Position numbers and translations under genes: made by a program
Shown: piece after piece, positions 27,572 through 38,481 of the stretch
Layout: every line of letters starts with the position of its first letter
Numbering within the stretch: the first letter of the stretch is position 1
Source: Dehalococcoidia bacterium
GTDB taxonomy: Bacteria > Chloroflexota > Dehalococcoidia > Lucifugimonadales > Australimonadaceae
Assembly: GCA_965248495.1 (NCBI GenBank)
Contig: CBDFJL010000003.1
Location: 924,852-988,851 of the forward strand
Length of the DNA: 64,000 bases
Reading direction: 5' to 3'
Notes under the pieces: model-generated
The model's input: the letters and a program-made list of their open reading frames with translations, nothing else
Told to the model about the DNA's origin: nothing
Databases searched by the model: none

Positions 27572-29278
27572 ATGCGGCTAACCGGTGGGCAGATGGTATG
27601 CGAGGCGTTGGTCCGCGAAGGCGTGGACCTCGTGTTCGGCCTGCCCGGCGGCGCTATCCTGCCGCTCTATCAGACGCTGCCAGAGTATCCGCAGATACGG
27701 CACGTCTTGGTTCGCCACGAGCAGAATGCGGGCCACGCGGCGGACGGCTACGCTCGGGCCACCGGCAAGGTCGGCGTCTGCATCGCAACGTCGGGGCCCG
27801 GCGCCACCAACCTCGTGACCCCGCTGGCCACGGCCATGATGGACTCCGTCCCGGTCGTCGCCATCACTGGGCAGGTGCCCCGCGCGGCCATCGGCAGGGA
27901 TGCGTTCCAAGAGGTCGATACCACCGGCATCACGTTGCCCATCACCAAGCACAACTACCTGGTCATGCACGCGTCCGAGTTGCCGCAAGTGCTCAAGGAG
28001 GCGTTCCACATCGCGCGAACGGGGCGGCCCGGGCCGGTGCTCATCGACATCCCCCGCGACGTGCAGGCCGAGCGCGCTGAGTTCGACTACCCGGAGAACG
28101 CCGACATGCGCTCCTACCGGCCGACGCTCGAAGGGCATGCGCAGATGATCAAGCGCGCGGCGCGGCTCATCCGCGAGTCGCAGCGCCCGCTCATTCTTGC
28201 CGGCCACGGCGTCCTGATTTCCGGTGCGTCCGCCGAGCTTCGCGAGCTCGCCGAGAAGGCGCAGGTGCCGGTCATCACAACGCTGCTCGGCATCAGCGCG
28301 TTCGACGAGGGCCACGTGCTCTCGATGGGCATGCCCGGCATGCACGGGATGGCCTATACCAATTGGGCCATCGAGCGCTCCGATCTGCTGATCGCGATCG
28401 GCATGCGATTCGACGACCGGGTCACCGGGCGCATCAGCACCTTTGCGCCCAACGCGAAGGTGGTTCACATAGATGTGGACCCCGCCGAGGTCGGCAAGAA
28501 CGTGCGCGTGACCGTGCCCATCGTCGGGGACGCGAAACGTGTGCTGCATGTGCTCGTCCGCGAGACGGAGCCCGCGACACACCCCGCCTGGCTGCACGAG
28601 ATCGACGAGCTGCGCACCGAGCATCCGTCGGACCGGCTCCGCGAGACCGATAAGCTGTTGCCCCAGCACGTCGTCCGCGAGCTTTCTGACGTCACGCGGG
28701 GCAATGCCATCGTCGTCACCGGCGTGGGCCAGCACCAGATGTGGGCTGCGCAGCACTTCCGCTTCCGCGAGCCCAACAGCTGGCTGACGTCCGGCGGGCT
28801 CGGGACCATGGGTTACGAGGTTCCCGGCGCTATGGGCGCGGCCATGGGCCGACCAGACAAGGTGGTCTGGAGCATCGCCGGTGACGGCGGTTTTCAGATG
28901 ACCATGTCGGAGCTGGCGACGATCGTGGAGAACAAGGTGCCGGTGAAGTTCGTCATCCTGAACAACAACAACCTGGGGCTTGTAAGACAGCTGCAGGATC
29001 TCTTCCACGATGGCTCGCGCGTCGCGTCCGGGTACACGGGAAACCCCGACTTCGTGAAGCTGGCCGAGGCCTACGGTATCTGGAGCACTCGCGTCACCGA
29101 ACGCTCGCAGGTGCGGGACGCCATAGAAGCGGCGATGGCCCACGACGGACCCGCGCTGATCGACTTTAAGGTGGAGCCGGATGAGAACGTCTACCCACAC
29201 GTGCCCGCCGGCGAAAGCGTGGCCGAGATGATCGAGGGGCAGCCGCTGCCCGATGGGGAGGGCGCATGGCAACGATAG
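27572..29278 (+). CDS. ilvB: Acetolactate synthase large subunit
   Basis: ThDP-enzyme motifs are present (GGLGTMGYEVPGAMGA...GDGGFQM...NN), with full-length AHAS-like sequence. Confidence 0.95.
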   Translation: MRLTGGQMVCEALVREGVDLVFGLPGGAILPLYQTLPEYPQIRHVLVRHEQNAGHAADGYARATGKVGVCIATSGPGATNLVTPLATAMMDSVPVVAITGQVPRAAIGRDAFQEVDTTGITLPITKHNYLVMHASELPQVLKEAFHIARTGRPGPVLIDIPRDVQAERAEFDYPENADMRSYRPTLEGHAQMIKRAARLIRESQRPLILAGHGVLISGASAELRELAEKAQVPVITTLLGISAFDEGHVLSMGMPGMHGMAYTNWAIERSDLLIAIGMRFDDRVTGRISTFAPNAKVVHIDVDPAEVGKNVRVTVPIVGDAKRVLHVLVRETEPATHPAWLHEIDELRTEHPSDRLRETDKLLPQHVVRELSDVTRGNAIVVTGVGQHQMWAAQHFRFREPNSWLTSGGLGTMGYEVPGAMGAAMGRPDKVVWSIAGDGGFQMTMSELATIVENKVPVKFVILNNNNLGLVRQLQDLFHDGSRVASGYTGNPDFVKLAEAYGIWSTRVTERSQVRDAIEAAMAHDGPALIDFKVEPDENVYPHVPAGESVAEMIEGQPLPDGEGAWQR

Positions 29279-29838
29279 AAGCCGCACCCGAGACACACAC
29301 CATCACAGCGCTGGTGAATGACCGGCCGGGCGTGCTCACCCGCGTGTCGGGCCTGTTCCGCCGCCGCGGATTCAACATCTCGAGCCTGGCCGTCGGCCAC
29401 AGCGAGGTGCCGAACCTGTCCCGCATGACATTTAATGTCGAGGGCGACGACTACGTCGTGGAGCAGGTGACAAAACAGCTCTACAAGCTCATCGACGTCG
29501 TGCGGGTAAACGACATCTCCTCCGAGAGCATCGTCGGCCGCGAGCTCGCGCTCATCAAGGTCAAGGCGACCGCTCAGACACGGGCCGAGATCATCGAGAT
29601 AGTCGACATTTTCAGAGCGAATATCGTCGACGTCGGTCCCGAGTCCCTGATCATCGAGACGACGGGCGACGAGGAAAAGGTCGACGCGCTATTGCAGCTG
29701 CTCAAGCCCTTTGGCATCCGCGAGATCATGCGCACGGGGCGCGTCGCGATGGCGCGTGGCGCGCCGGCCACGGGAAGCCGTCGCCCGATGGCGCAGCATA
29801 CGGACCAAAGCGCACCGGATACCGAGGTGGTGGAGTAA
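29266..29838 (+). CDS. ilvN: Acetolactate synthase small (regulatory) subunit
   Basis: ACT domain HTITALVNDRPGVLTRVSGLFRRRGFNISSLAVG. It overlaps the ilvB end. Confidence 0.9.
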   Translation: MATIEAAPETHTITALVNDRPGVLTRVSGLFRRRGFNISSLAVGHSEVPNLSRMTFNVEGDDYVVEQVTKQLYKLIDVVRVNDISSESIVGRELALIKVKATAQTRAEIIEIVDIFRANIVDVGPESLIIETTGDEEKVDALLQLLKPFGIREIMRTGRVAMARGAPATGSRRPMAQHTDQSAPDTEVVE

Positions 29839-29907
29839 TGGCGGCCGTAGCACCGTCCGGGCGCGGGCCAACACTCCAGCGCCCTTGATCGCATTGGGGA
29901 GGCATCG

Positions 29908-30903
29908 ATGGCAATCGTCTACTACGAGAAGGACGCCGACATGGGTCGGCTCCACGGCAAGCGCATGGGGATCATGGGTTACGGAAGCCAGGGCCACGCG
30001 CATGCGCTGAACCTGCACGACAATGGCGTCGACGTCGTCGTGGGCCTGTACGAGGGCTCCTCGAGCAGATCGAAAGCGGAGGCCGCGGGCCTAACCGTCG
30101 GTTTGCCGGAGGAGGTGACGAAGGCCGCCGACGTCATCATGGTGCTGGTGCCGGACCACGTGCAGCGCGGGCTCTACGAGAGCGCCATCGAGCCGCACCT
30201 CGATGGGACGAAAACGCTGATGTTCGCTCACGGGTTCAATATCCACTTCGGGGAGATCGTCCCGCCGCCCAACACCGATGTGTCGATGATTGCACCGAAG
30301 GCGCCGGGCCATCGGATGCGCGAGGTCTTCGTCGGCGGGTCCGGCGTGCCGGCGCTCGTCGCCGTCCACCAGGACGCGTCTGGCCAGGCGCTGCCCAATG
30401 CTCTGGCGTACGGCGCGGCCGTCGGCAGCATGCGCGCAGGCATTGTCGCGACGACGTTCAAGGAGGAGACGGAGACGGACCTGTTCGGTGAGCAGTCCGT
30501 CCTATGCGGCGGCACCTCGGCCCTGGTCAAGATGGGCTTCGAGACGCTGGTGGAGGCCGGGTACCAACCGGAGATCGCCTATTTCGAGGTCCTGCACGAG
30601 CTCAAGCTCATCGTGGACCTCATGTACGAGGGCGGGCTGAAGTACATGCGCTATTCGGTGAGTGAGACCGCGGAGTATGGCGACTACTCGCGGGGCTCGC
30701 GGATCGTGGACGAGCACACTCGCGAGAGCATGCGTCAGGTGCTCAAGGAGATACAGGACGGCACCTTCGCCCGGGAGTGGATAGCGGAGAACCACGAGGG
30801 AGGACACAAGTTCAGACAGATGCGCGAGCAGGACGCCAACCACCAGATCGAAGAGGTCGGTGCTCAGCTACGAGAGATGATGAGCTTCCTGCAACAGAAG
30901 TAA
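29908..30903 (+). CDS. ilvC: Ketol-acid reductoisomerase
   Basis: [19 protein letters not shown]...[11 protein letters not shown]. Confidence 0.95.
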   Translation: MAIVYYEKDADMGRLHGKRMGIMGYGSQGHAHALNLHDNGVDVVVGLYEGSSSRSKAEAAGLTVGLPEEVTKAADVIMVLVPDHVQRGLYESAIEPHLDGTKTLMFAHGFNIHFGEIVPPPNTDVSMIAPKAPGHRMREVFVGGSGVPALVAVHQDASGQALPNALAYGAAVGSMRAGIVATTFKEETETDLFGEQSVLCGGTSALVKMGFETLVEAGYQPEIAYFEVLHELKLIVDLMYEGGLKYMRYSVSETAEYGDYSRGSRIVDEHTRESMRQVLKEIQDGTFAREWIAENHEGGHKFRQMREQDANHQIEEVGAQLREMMSFLQQK

Positions 30904-30938
30904 GGCGCGGCGCCAACGGCGGCGGATGAGGTGACGAG

Positions 30939-32489
30939 ATGGACGACAGGGTACTGATATTCGACACGACGCTGCGCGACGGGGAGCAGTCGGCGGGCAC
31001 CGCCATGACCGTCGACGAGAAGGTTGAGATCGCGCGGCAGCTGGAGCGCCTGGGCGTCGACGTCATCGAGGCGGGCTTCCCGATCAGCTCCAACGGCGAC
31101 TTCGAGGCGGTACAGCGCATCGCGCGGGAGCTTCGAACGCCGATCGTGGCGGCGCTGGCACACGCCAACAACAAGGCCATCGACCGCGCCGGCGAGGCTT
31201 TGAAGGACGCCGCGCATCCGCGCATCCACATCTTCTTGTCCTCGTCCGACAACCATCTCATGAACCAGCTGCGCAAGAACCGCGAGGAGGTCGTCGACAT
31301 GGCGGTTGCCGCGGTAACGCGCGCCCGGACCCACACCGACGACATCGAATTCTCGCCCATGGACTCCAGCCGGACGGACAAGGAGTTCCTGGCGCACTTG
31401 GTACGAGCCGTGGTCGAGGCGGGCGCGACGACCATCAATATCCCCGACACGGTCGGCTACGCGATCCCGGCGGAGTTCGCCGGGCTGATCGAATACCTCC
31501 GCGAGCAGGTGCCCGAGCTGGGCGACAGCGTCCGCATATCGGTGCACTGCCACGACGACCTCGGCATGGCGGTCGCCAACAGCTTGGCCGGGGTCAAAGC
31601 GGGTGCGCGGCAGGTCGAGGGCTGTATCAACGGCATCGGTGAACGCGCGGGCAACTGCGCGTTGGAGGAGGTCATCGTCGCGCTCAGGACGCGTAAGGAC
31701 TACTTCGGCGCGGACACCGGCGTGGACACCACGCAGATCTTTGCGACCAGCCGGCTCGTGAGCCAGATCACCGGCTTCGCGGTCCAGCCAAACAAGGCCG
31801 TGGTCGGCCGCAACGCCTTCCGGCACGCCTCCGGCATCCACCAGGACGGGCTCATCAAGGAGCGGACGACCTACGAGATCATCGATCCGGTCTCCGTCGG
31901 CGTGCCGCGCAGCGAGCTCGTCTTGAGCAAGCTGAGCGGGACTCACGGCCTGCGCGCCCGCCTGGGCGAGCTGGGCTATGTGCCCACGGACGAGGAGATG
32001 GTGCAGGTCTACGCTGAGTTCAAGGACCTTGCGGACAAGAAGCGGGAGGTCATGGACCGAGATCTGGTCGCGTTGATGAGCGGCCGGTCGGTCTCCTTCG
32101 TCGAGACGTACACCCTCGATCGCGTCCAGGTGACCTGTGGCGACCGCGAGGTGGCGACCGCTACCGTGACGCTGTCTGACACCAAGGGCGGGACCTTCAC
32201 CGACGCCTGCACGGGCTCGGGCCCCGTCGATGCCGTCTACAAGGCCATCAACCGCATCGTCGAGGTCCCGAATGAGCTCACCGAGTTCTCGGTGAACTCC
32301 GTCACCGAGGGGATCGACGCCGTTGGCGAAGTGAGCATCCGCATCGAACAGGACGGGCGCACCTACGTTGGCCGCGGCGCGGACACCGACGTTATCGTGG
32401 CGTCGGCGAAGGCTTACATGCACGCGCTGAACCGGCTCCTCGCCATGGGCGACACGACGAAGCGCCCGGAGGCGGCGGGGGCCGTCTAA
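30939..32489 (+). CDS. leuA: 2-isopropylmalate synthase
   Basis: FDTTLRDGEQSAG...HCHDDLGMAVANSLAG, plus the C-terminal LeuA dimerisation/regulatory domain. Confidence 0.95.
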   Translation: MDDRVLIFDTTLRDGEQSAGTAMTVDEKVEIARQLERLGVDVIEAGFPISSNGDFEAVQRIARELRTPIVAALAHANNKAIDRAGEALKDAAHPRIHIFLSSSDNHLMNQLRKNREEVVDMAVAAVTRARTHTDDIEFSPMDSSRTDKEFLAHLVRAVVEAGATTINIPDTVGYAIPAEFAGLIEYLREQVPELGDSVRISVHCHDDLGMAVANSLAGVKAGARQVEGCINGIGERAGNCALEEVIVALRTRKDYFGADTGVDTTQIFATSRLVSQITGFAVQPNKAVVGRNAFRHASGIHQDGLIKERTTYEIIDPVSVGVPRSELVLSKLSGTHGLRARLGELGYVPTDEEMVQVYAEFKDLADKKREVMDRDLVALMSGRSVSFVETYTLDRVQVTCGDREVATATVTLSDTKGGTFTDACTGSGPVDAVYKAINRIVEVPNELTEFSVNSVTEGIDAVGEVSIRIEQDGRTYVGRGADTDVIVASAKAYMHALNRLLAMGDTTKRPEAAGAV

Positions 32490-32573
32490 GCCGGCCGCCG
32501 CTACTAGACGGCTGGTGCCCCGCAATGCAGGGCGCTATCCTACGGCCCCGCTACAGCGAAGAAGGGAGTTCAC

Positions 32574-33992
32574 GTGGCGCCTAAGACCATGTTCGAGAAG
32601 ATTTGGGACGCGCATGTGGTGCGTCAGGAGCCTGATCAGCCCACGCTGCTCTACGTGGACCTGCACTTGGTCCACGAGGTCACGTCGGCACAGGCATTCG
32701 ACGGGCTACGGCAGAATGGCCGCAAGGTCCGCCGCGTGGACAAGACCGTGGCCGTGGCGGACCACAATGTGCCGACGGATGACCGCTCGCACCACGACGT
32801 GGAGATCACCGACGAGACGTCGCGCCTTCAGCTGGAGGCGATGGAGCGGAACACCGGGGAGTTCGGCATCGAGTACTACGACATGTACTCGCCCAACCAG
32901 GGCATCGTCCACGTCATCGCCCCGGAGCAGGGACGCACGCAGCCCGGTATGGTGATCGTCTGCGGCGACAGCCACACGTCAACCCATGGCGCCTTCGGCT
33001 CGCTGGCCTTCGGCATCGGCACGTCGGAGGTGGAGCACGTGCTGGCTACCCAGTGCCTGCTCCAGGCCAAGCCCAAGTCCATGGAGGTGCGCTTCCAGGG
33101 GCCGCTTGCACCCGGCTGCACGGCCAAAGACATGGCGCTGGCCGTCATCGGCACCATCGGCACCGCCGGCGGTACCGGTCACGTGATCGAGTACACGGGC
33201 GAGGCGGTGCGGGCTCTCTCCATGGAGGGCCGCATGACACTGTGCAACATGACCATCGAGGCAGGCGCTCGCGCGGGGATGATCGCGCCCGACCAGACGA
33301 CCTTCGACTACGTGAAGGGCCGCGACTACGCGCCTCGGGGCGCTGAGTGGGACGCTGCGTTGGAGCGCTGGCGCGTACTGCCGACGGACGAGGGCGCCGG
33401 CTACGACGAGTTGGTCACCATCGATGCGTCCGGCCTGAAGCCTCACGTCACTTGGGGCACGAACCCCGGCCAGGTGGTCACCATCGACGGCACGGTGCCC
33501 ACGCCCTCCGGCTTCGCGGACGACCTCCAGCGCCAGTCGGCCGAGAAGGCGTTGGCGTACATGGGCCTGGCGGCTGGAACGCCGATCGCGGAGGTGGCCG
33601 TCAACCGTGTCTTCATCGGCTCGTGTACCAACTCACGCATCGAGGACCTCCGCGCAGCGGCAGCGATTGCCAAGGGCTACCGGGTGCATCCGGATGTCTA
33701 CGCGATGGTCGTCCCCGGCTCGACGAGGATCAAGCTCGAGGCCGAGGCCGAGGGCCTCGACCGGGTGTTCACCGAGGCGGGGTTCGACTGGCGCGCGGCG
33801 GGTTGCTCCATGTGCCTGGGCATGAATCCCGACATCCTGGCCCCTGGCGAGCGGTCGGCTTCCACGTCCAACCGCAACTTCGAGGGGCGCCAGGGACCTG
33901 GTGGGCGCACGCACTTGGTGAGCCCGGCCATGGCGGCCGCGGCGGCTATCGAGGGACACTTCACGGACGTGCGGGACTGGGAGGTACGCTGA
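32574..33992 (+). CDS. leuC: 3-isopropylmalate dehydratase large subunit
   Basis: Aconitase-family motifs [14 protein letters not shown] and [11 protein letters not shown]...[11 protein letters not shown] start. Confidence 0.95.
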   Translation: MAPKTMFEKIWDAHVVRQEPDQPTLLYVDLHLVHEVTSAQAFDGLRQNGRKVRRVDKTVAVADHNVPTDDRSHHDVEITDETSRLQLEAMERNTGEFGIEYYDMYSPNQGIVHVIAPEQGRTQPGMVIVCGDSHTSTHGAFGSLAFGIGTSEVEHVLATQCLLQAKPKSMEVRFQGPLAPGCTAKDMALAVIGTIGTAGGTGHVIEYTGEAVRALSMEGRMTLCNMTIEAGARAGMIAPDQTTFDYVKGRDYAPRGAEWDAALERWRVLPTDEGAGYDELVTIDASGLKPHVTWGTNPGQVVTIDGTVPTPSGFADDLQRQSAEKALAYMGLAAGTPIAEVAVNRVFIGSCTNSRIEDLRAAAAIAKGYRVHPDVYAMVVPGSTRIKLEAEAEGLDRVFTEAGFDWRAAGCSMCLGMNPDILAPGERSASTSNRNFEGRQGPGGRTHLVSPAMAAAAAIEGHFTDVRDWEVR

Positions 33993-33994
33993 CC

Positions 33995-34582
33995 ATGGAG
34001 GCATTCACCAAGCACACGGGGATTGCACTGCCCCTGGACCGTATCAACGTCGATACGGACCAGATCATCCCCGCGCGGTTCCTCAAGAAGATCGACCGTG
34101 TCGGCTTTGGCGAGCTGCTCTTCTACGCGTGGCGCTACAAAGCCGATGGCTCCCCCAACGCGGACTTCATCCTGAACGACCCCGACTACGCCGATGCCAC
34201 CGTGCTGTTGGCGGGGGATAACTTCGGCTGCGGCTCGTCACGCGAGCACGCGCCGTGGTCGCTGCAGCAGTATGGCTTCCGCGCAGTGATTGCTCCCTCC
34301 TTCGCAGACATCTTCCGTGGCAACTGCTATCAGAACGGCCTGCTGCCGGTGCAGCTGAGCGCCGACGATGTGGGCTTGCTGATGCGCCGGGCGCAGGACA
34401 CGCCGGGGTACCAGGTGGCGGTGAATCTGGACAACCAGACCGTCACCGACACGGCGGGCTTCGAGACCCACTTCGACATCGACCCGTTCAGACGCGATCG
34501 GCTGCTGCAGGGCCTGGACGATGTCGGTCTGACACTGAGCTACGCGGCGGACATCGCAAAATACGAATCCGCGAACCGGTAG
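33995..34582 (+). CDS. leuD: 3-isopropylmalate dehydratase small subunit
   Basis: MEAFTKHTGIALPLDRINVDTDQIIPARFLK...NFGCGSSREHAPW. ATG 33995 lies 2 nt after the leuC stop. Confidence 0.95.
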   Translation: MEAFTKHTGIALPLDRINVDTDQIIPARFLKKIDRVGFGELLFYAWRYKADGSPNADFILNDPDYADATVLLAGDNFGCGSSREHAPWSLQQYGFRAVIAPSFADIFRGNCYQNGLLPVQLSADDVGLLMRRAQDTPGYQVAVNLDNQTVTDTAGFETHFDIDPFRRDRLLQGLDDVGLTLSYAADIAKYESANR

Positions 34583-34584
34583 CC

Positions 34585-35688
34585 ATGCCTACCTTCGACA
34601 TCCTCGTTCTGCCCGGCGACGGCATCGGCCCGGAGGTGACTGCGTCGGCGCGGCTGGCGCTGGACGCCGTGGGCCGCAGGTTCCGCCACACCTTCCGCTA
34701 CGAGTCCGACCTGGTCGGCGGCGGCGCCATCGATCGCTACGGCATGCCGCTGCGTGACGAGACCGTCGCCCAGGCCAAGAAGGCCGACGCGGTGCTGTTC
34801 GGCGCCGTCGGCGGTCCCAAATGGGATGACGCACCCGTGCGTCCTGAGGCGGCGATCCTGGGGCTGCGCAAGGCGCTGGGCCTATTCGCGAACATCCGTC
34901 CGGTCCGTGTCTCCCCCGGCATGGAGGACTCCAGCCCAGTGAAGAACGACCGGGTGCGGGGGACGGACATGATCATCATCCGCGAGCTCACCGGCGGTCT
35001 GTACTACGGCAAGCCCAAGCGGCGCTGGACGACCAAGGCCGGGCGCAATGCCGTCGACACCATGCGCTACACCGAGCGAGAGGTCGAGCGCATCGTGCGC
35101 GTGGCCTTCGAGCTCGCCCGCGGCCGCCGGCGGAAGGTGACGTCGGTGGACAAGGCAAACGTGCTAGAGGTCGGCCGCATGTGGCGTGAGATCGCCAACG
35201 AGGTCGCCAATGAGTACCCGGATGTGACGTTGGAGCATCAGCTGGCCGACTCGTGCGCCATGTTGCTGGTGACGCGGCCCGCTGACTTCGACGTGCTCGT
35301 CACGAGCAACATGTTTGGTGACATCCTGTCGGACGAGGCCGCAATCCTGACGGCGTCCCTGGGCATGCTGCCCTCGGCGAGCCTAGCGGGCCTGCCTCGC
35401 TCTGACGGCGAGCGGCGCCGGAAAGTGCGCGGACTCTACGAGCCGATCCACGGGACGGCGCCGGACATCGCGGGCCAGGGCAAGGCGAACCCGGTGGGGG
35501 CCATCGTGAGCGCGGCGTTTATGCTGCGCTATTCGTTCGGGCTGGAGCGCGAGGCGCGGGTCATGGAAGATGCAGTCGAAGGCGCCCTGGCCGAGGGACT
35601 GCGCACCGCAGACCTCGCTGCGGGTGGGCCCAGCGTGTCCACCGAGCAGATGACGGACGCGATTGTTGCAGGCATCGACGCGGCGTAA
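34585..35688 (+). CDS. leuB: 3-isopropylmalate dehydrogenase
   Basis: MPTFDILVLPGDGIGPEV...NMFGDILSDEAA...EPIHGTAPDIAGQGKANP. Confidence 0.95.
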   Translation: MPTFDILVLPGDGIGPEVTASARLALDAVGRRFRHTFRYESDLVGGGAIDRYGMPLRDETVAQAKKADAVLFGAVGGPKWDDAPVRPEAAILGLRKALGLFANIRPVRVSPGMEDSSPVKNDRVRGTDMIIIRELTGGLYYGKPKRRWTTKAGRNAVDTMRYTEREVERIVRVAFELARGRRRKVTSVDKANVLEVGRMWREIANEVANEYPDVTLEHQLADSCAMLLVTRPADFDVLVTSNMFGDILSDEAAILTASLGMLPSASLAGLPRSDGERRRKVRGLYEPIHGTAPDIAGQGKANPVGAIVSAAFMLRYSFGLEREARVMEDAVEGALAEGLRTADLAAGGPSVSTEQMTDAIVAGIDAA

Positions 35689-35756
35689 TGGACCGCAGCC
35701 TCAGATGCGCCTGTTGTCGCTGCTGCTGTTGTAGCGTTCGCCACAATGTCTCTTGG

Positions 35757-35792
35757 AAGGGGCGTGACCCATGGGGTCGCGCCCCTTTCTTT
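35757..35792 (+). terminator. Intrinsic terminator after leuB
   Basis: aaggggcgtgaccc-atg-gggtcgcgcccctt forms a 14-bp stem (one G-U pair), followed by TCTTT. Confidence 0.6.
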
Positions 35793-35818
35793 AAGCACAA
35801 AGCTCGCGGGCAGGGCTC

Positions 35819-36544
35819 ATGGACGTTCTAGTCTGGGCAGGGATCGGCGTGGCCTCCTTCGTGGCGGCGGTCATCGGCGGCGTGGTCGGCATCGGCACGG
35901 CCATCATCATGCTCCCGATCCTCGCGGCGGTGTTCGGCGTGCGGGAGACGGTGCCGATCATCTCCGTCGCCATGACCATGGCCAACCTGGCTCGTGCCAT
36001 CGCCAACCGCAAGGAGATCGACTGGCGAGTCGTGCGCTGGTGGTCGGCGGGGGCAGTCCCGGCCGTGGTAGCCGGCACGTTCCTGCTTGCCGCCACGCCG
36101 GCGGGCGCACTGACCCGACTCCTCGGCGGCTTCTTCCTGGTGTTGCTGGCGTACCGTTATTTGCCCTCGGGGAAGAGCTGGCGCATGCGGCTGCGGGGTT
36201 TCTTCCTCGTTGGGGTCGTCCAGGCTGTGGTCAGTGCACTCTTCGGGGCGGCCGGGCCGCTTGGCGTCCCGTTCTTCCTGTCCTACGGACTGCGGCGGGC
36301 AGCCTACATCGGGACGGTCGGTGCCGCGACCACCTCGATGAATGGCGCGCGCCTCGCCGCGCAGGGCGGACTCGACCTACTGGACCTGCGGCTCTTCCTG
36401 ATCGGGCTCGCCATCGGCAGCGTCATGTTCGCCGGCAGCTTCGCCGGTCGTTGGTTCGTCACCCGCATCCCTGAGCAAGTCTTCGTCCGCTTGGTCGAGG
36501 TGGTGCTCTTCGGTGTCGGGCTGCTGTTCCTGATCAGGGGCTAG
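35819..36544 (+). CDS. TSUP (TauE/SafE) family anion exporter-like membrane protein
   Basis: FVAAVIGGVVGIGTAIIMLPILAAVFG and about 8 TM segments in the two-repeat architecture typical of TSUP. Confidence 0.8.
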   Translation: MDVLVWAGIGVASFVAAVIGGVVGIGTAIIMLPILAAVFGVRETVPIISVAMTMANLARAIANRKEIDWRVVRWWSAGAVPAVVAGTFLLAATPAGALTRLLGGFFLVLLAYRYLPSGKSWRMRLRGFFLVGVVQAVVSALFGAAGPLGVPFFLSYGLRRAAYIGTVGAATTSMNGARLAAQGGLDLLDLRLFLIGLAIGSVMFAGSFAGRWFVTRIPEQVFVRLVEVVLFGVGLLFLIRG

Positions 36545-37417
36545 GCCCGGCGCCGGCTCGGCGGGTGAGGTGTCGATGACGAGGACGCGCTCGCGGCGAG
36601 TGAGATCGGCCAACGTCACGATCCGCGCGGTCGGGAAGGGGCGCCGAGCGATGGCCCGGGCCCGCCGCATCTGCCGTGGGTCGAGCTCCAGCAGCACCCA
36701 GCCGGCCGGGCTCAGGCGACGTGGCGCGTCGTCGAGGAGGCGCCTGACCACTTCGAGGCCGTCGTCGCCGCCATCGAGCGCCTCCCGCGGCTCGTACAGG
36801 CTGATCTCCGGCTCCAGCCGAGGCACCTGCTCGCTCGGGACGTAGGGCAGGTTGGCGGCGATCATGTCGACCCGGCCCGGTAGGGGGGCGAGGAGGTCGC
36901 CTTTGAGCACCCTCACGCGCGCGCTTACCCCCAGGCGCTCTGCGTTCAAGGTCGTGATCTCGAGGGCACGATCGGAGATGTCGATGGCATGGACACGAAC
37001 GTTGGGGAGCGCTATGGCGAGGCTGATCCCGATGATGCCGGTGCCGCTGCCGACATCGGCGACCTCGAGTGGGACGGGGCCGCGCGACTGCAAGAGGCGC
37101 AGCGCCTCCGCGACCAGCGTCTCGGTATCGGGGCGCGGCACGAGGACGCCGGGAGCGACATGGAAATCGAGCCCGTAGAACTCGCGACGGCCCATGAGGT
37201 AGGCCATGGGCTCGCGACGGAGCCGGCGTACGATGAGCGCTTCGGCGGCTTCCACGCCGTCGGCGGACGGCTCCTCTCGCAGATCTGCGTAGAGGGTCGC
37301 TCGGTCGATGTCCAGAGCGGTCATCCAGACCAGCTCGGCCTCGAGCCGGGCGTCGGCGATGCCCGCGCGGGCGAGCCGCTGCTCCGTGGAGTGGAGCAGC
37401 GCGCTCATGGTGCTCAC
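36377..37417 (-). CDS. prmC: Release-factor glutamine N5-methyltransferase (PrmC/HemK) with a long acidic C-terminal extension
   Basis: SAM-binding motif VADVGSGTGIIG and IAANLPYV (an NPPY variant). 4-nt overlap with prfA. The last approximately 55 codons run antisense through the 3' end of the TSUP gene. Confidence 0.85.
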   Translation of the reverse strand: MSTMSALLHSTEQRLARAGIADARLEAELVWMTALDIDRATLYADLREEPSADGVEAAEALIVRRLRREPMAYLMGRREFYGLDFHVAPGVLVPRPDTETLVAEALRLLQSRGPVPLEVADVGSGTGIIGISLAIALPNVRVHAIDISDRALEITTLNAERLGVSARVRVLKGDLLAPLPGRVDMIAANLPYVPSEQVPRLEPEISLYEPREALDGGDDGLEVVRRLLDDAPRRLSPAGWVLLELDPRQMRRARAIARRPFPTARIVTLADLTRRERVLVIDTSPAEPAPGLAPDQEQQPDTEEHHLDQADEDLLRDAGDEPTTGEAAGEHDAADGEPDQEEPQVQ

Positions 37418-38481
37418 GCGACGGCCTCGTGCAGCAGCCGGTCCTGCTCGGCCTGTCTCAACGCATCGACGATGTGATCGATCTCGCCGGCGAGTATGCT
37501 CTCGAGGCCGTGAACGGTGAGCCCGATGCGGTGGTCGGTCAGGCGGTCCTGGGGAAAGTTATAAGTGCGAACCTTCTCGGAGCGCTCACCGGTTCCGACC
37601 TGGGCCTTGCGCATGGCTCCGGTCTGTTCCTGAGCCTCGCGCAGCTGGCGCTGGAGCAGGCGCGCACGCAGCACGTTCATGGCTTTGGTCTTGTTCTTGA
37701 GCTGGGACCGCTCGTCCTGGCAGGTGACGATGATGCCGGTCGGCAGGTGCACGAGCCTCACAGCGGTGGCGACCTTGTTGACGTTCTGCCCGCCAGCGCC
37801 GCCCGAATGGAAGATATCGATGCGGAGCTCGCCGTCCTTGATATCGACTTCGACCTCGTCTGCCTCGGGCAGGACGGCGACGGTGGCGGTGGAGGTGTGG
37901 ATGCGGCCTTGGGTTTCGGTGGCTGGCACGCGCTGCACGCGATGCACGCCGCTTTCGTACTTCATCTGCCCGTAGGTACCCGCGCCACTGAGCTCGAAGA
38001 CGATCTCCTTAAATCCGCTCTGGCCCGACTCGCTCGTGTTCGCGACATCGACCTTCCAGCCAAGACGCTGAGCGTAACGCGCGTACATGCGGTAGAGATC
38101 GGCGGCAAACAGCCCGGCCTCCTCTCCTCCAGTGCCCGCGCGAATTTCGATGATGGCACCCCTCTCGTCGTTGGGGTCCCGTGGCAACAGGGCGGAACGC
38201 ATGTCATCCTCAAGGGTGTCGACAGCCGCTGCAAGCTCCGGCACTTCGCTCTTGGCGAGAGCCGCGATGTCCGGGTCGTCGTCGCCAGCCAGCGCACGGG
38301 CGTCGGCCAGCGCCGCGTTGAGGCGTTGGAGCTTGTTGTGGGCAATGACCACCGGCTGCAGCTCGGCGCGTTCCTTGGCGAGCTTGCTCACCAGCGCCAC
38401 GTCTGAGACGACATCGGGCTGCGCGAGCAGCTCTTCGATCTCGGCGTTCCTTTGGACGATGGTTTCGAGGCGATCGCTCAT
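37414..38481 (-). CDS. prfA: Peptide chain release factor 1
   Basis: The PAT tripeptide (RVQRVPATETQGR) and GGQ (SGGAGGQNVNK) are present. ATG 38481 (MSDRLETIVQ). Confidence 0.95.
   Translation of the reverse strand: MSDRLETIVQRNAEIEELLAQPDVVSDVALVSKLAKERAELQPVVIAHNKLQRLNAALADARALAGDDDPDIAALAKSEVPELAAAVDTLEDDMRSALLPRDPNDERGAIIEIRAGTGGEEAGLFAADLYRMYARYAQRLGWKVDVANTSESGQSGFKEIVFELSGAGTYGQMKYESGVHRVQRVPATETQGRIHTSTATVAVLPEADEVEVDIKDGELRIDIFHSGGAGGQNVNKVATAVRLVHLPTGIIVTCQDERSQLKNKTKAMNVLRARLLQRQLREAQEQTGAMRKAQVGTGERSEKVRTYNFPQDRLTDHRIGLTVHGLESILAGEIDHIVDALRQAEQDRLLHEAVA

Noticed and set aside
27578-29296. 572-aa ORF antisense to ilvB. Similar long antisense ORFs occur at 17686..19221, 5865..7487, 7726..9222, 19768..21207, 30864..32525, 42183..43529, 48629..50866, 53196..54752 and 58267..59802.
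   Set aside because: These are Arg/Gly/His/Pro-rich, motif-free translations lying opposite genes with unmistakable homology. They are the usual stop-codon-poor antisense frames of high-GC DNA.
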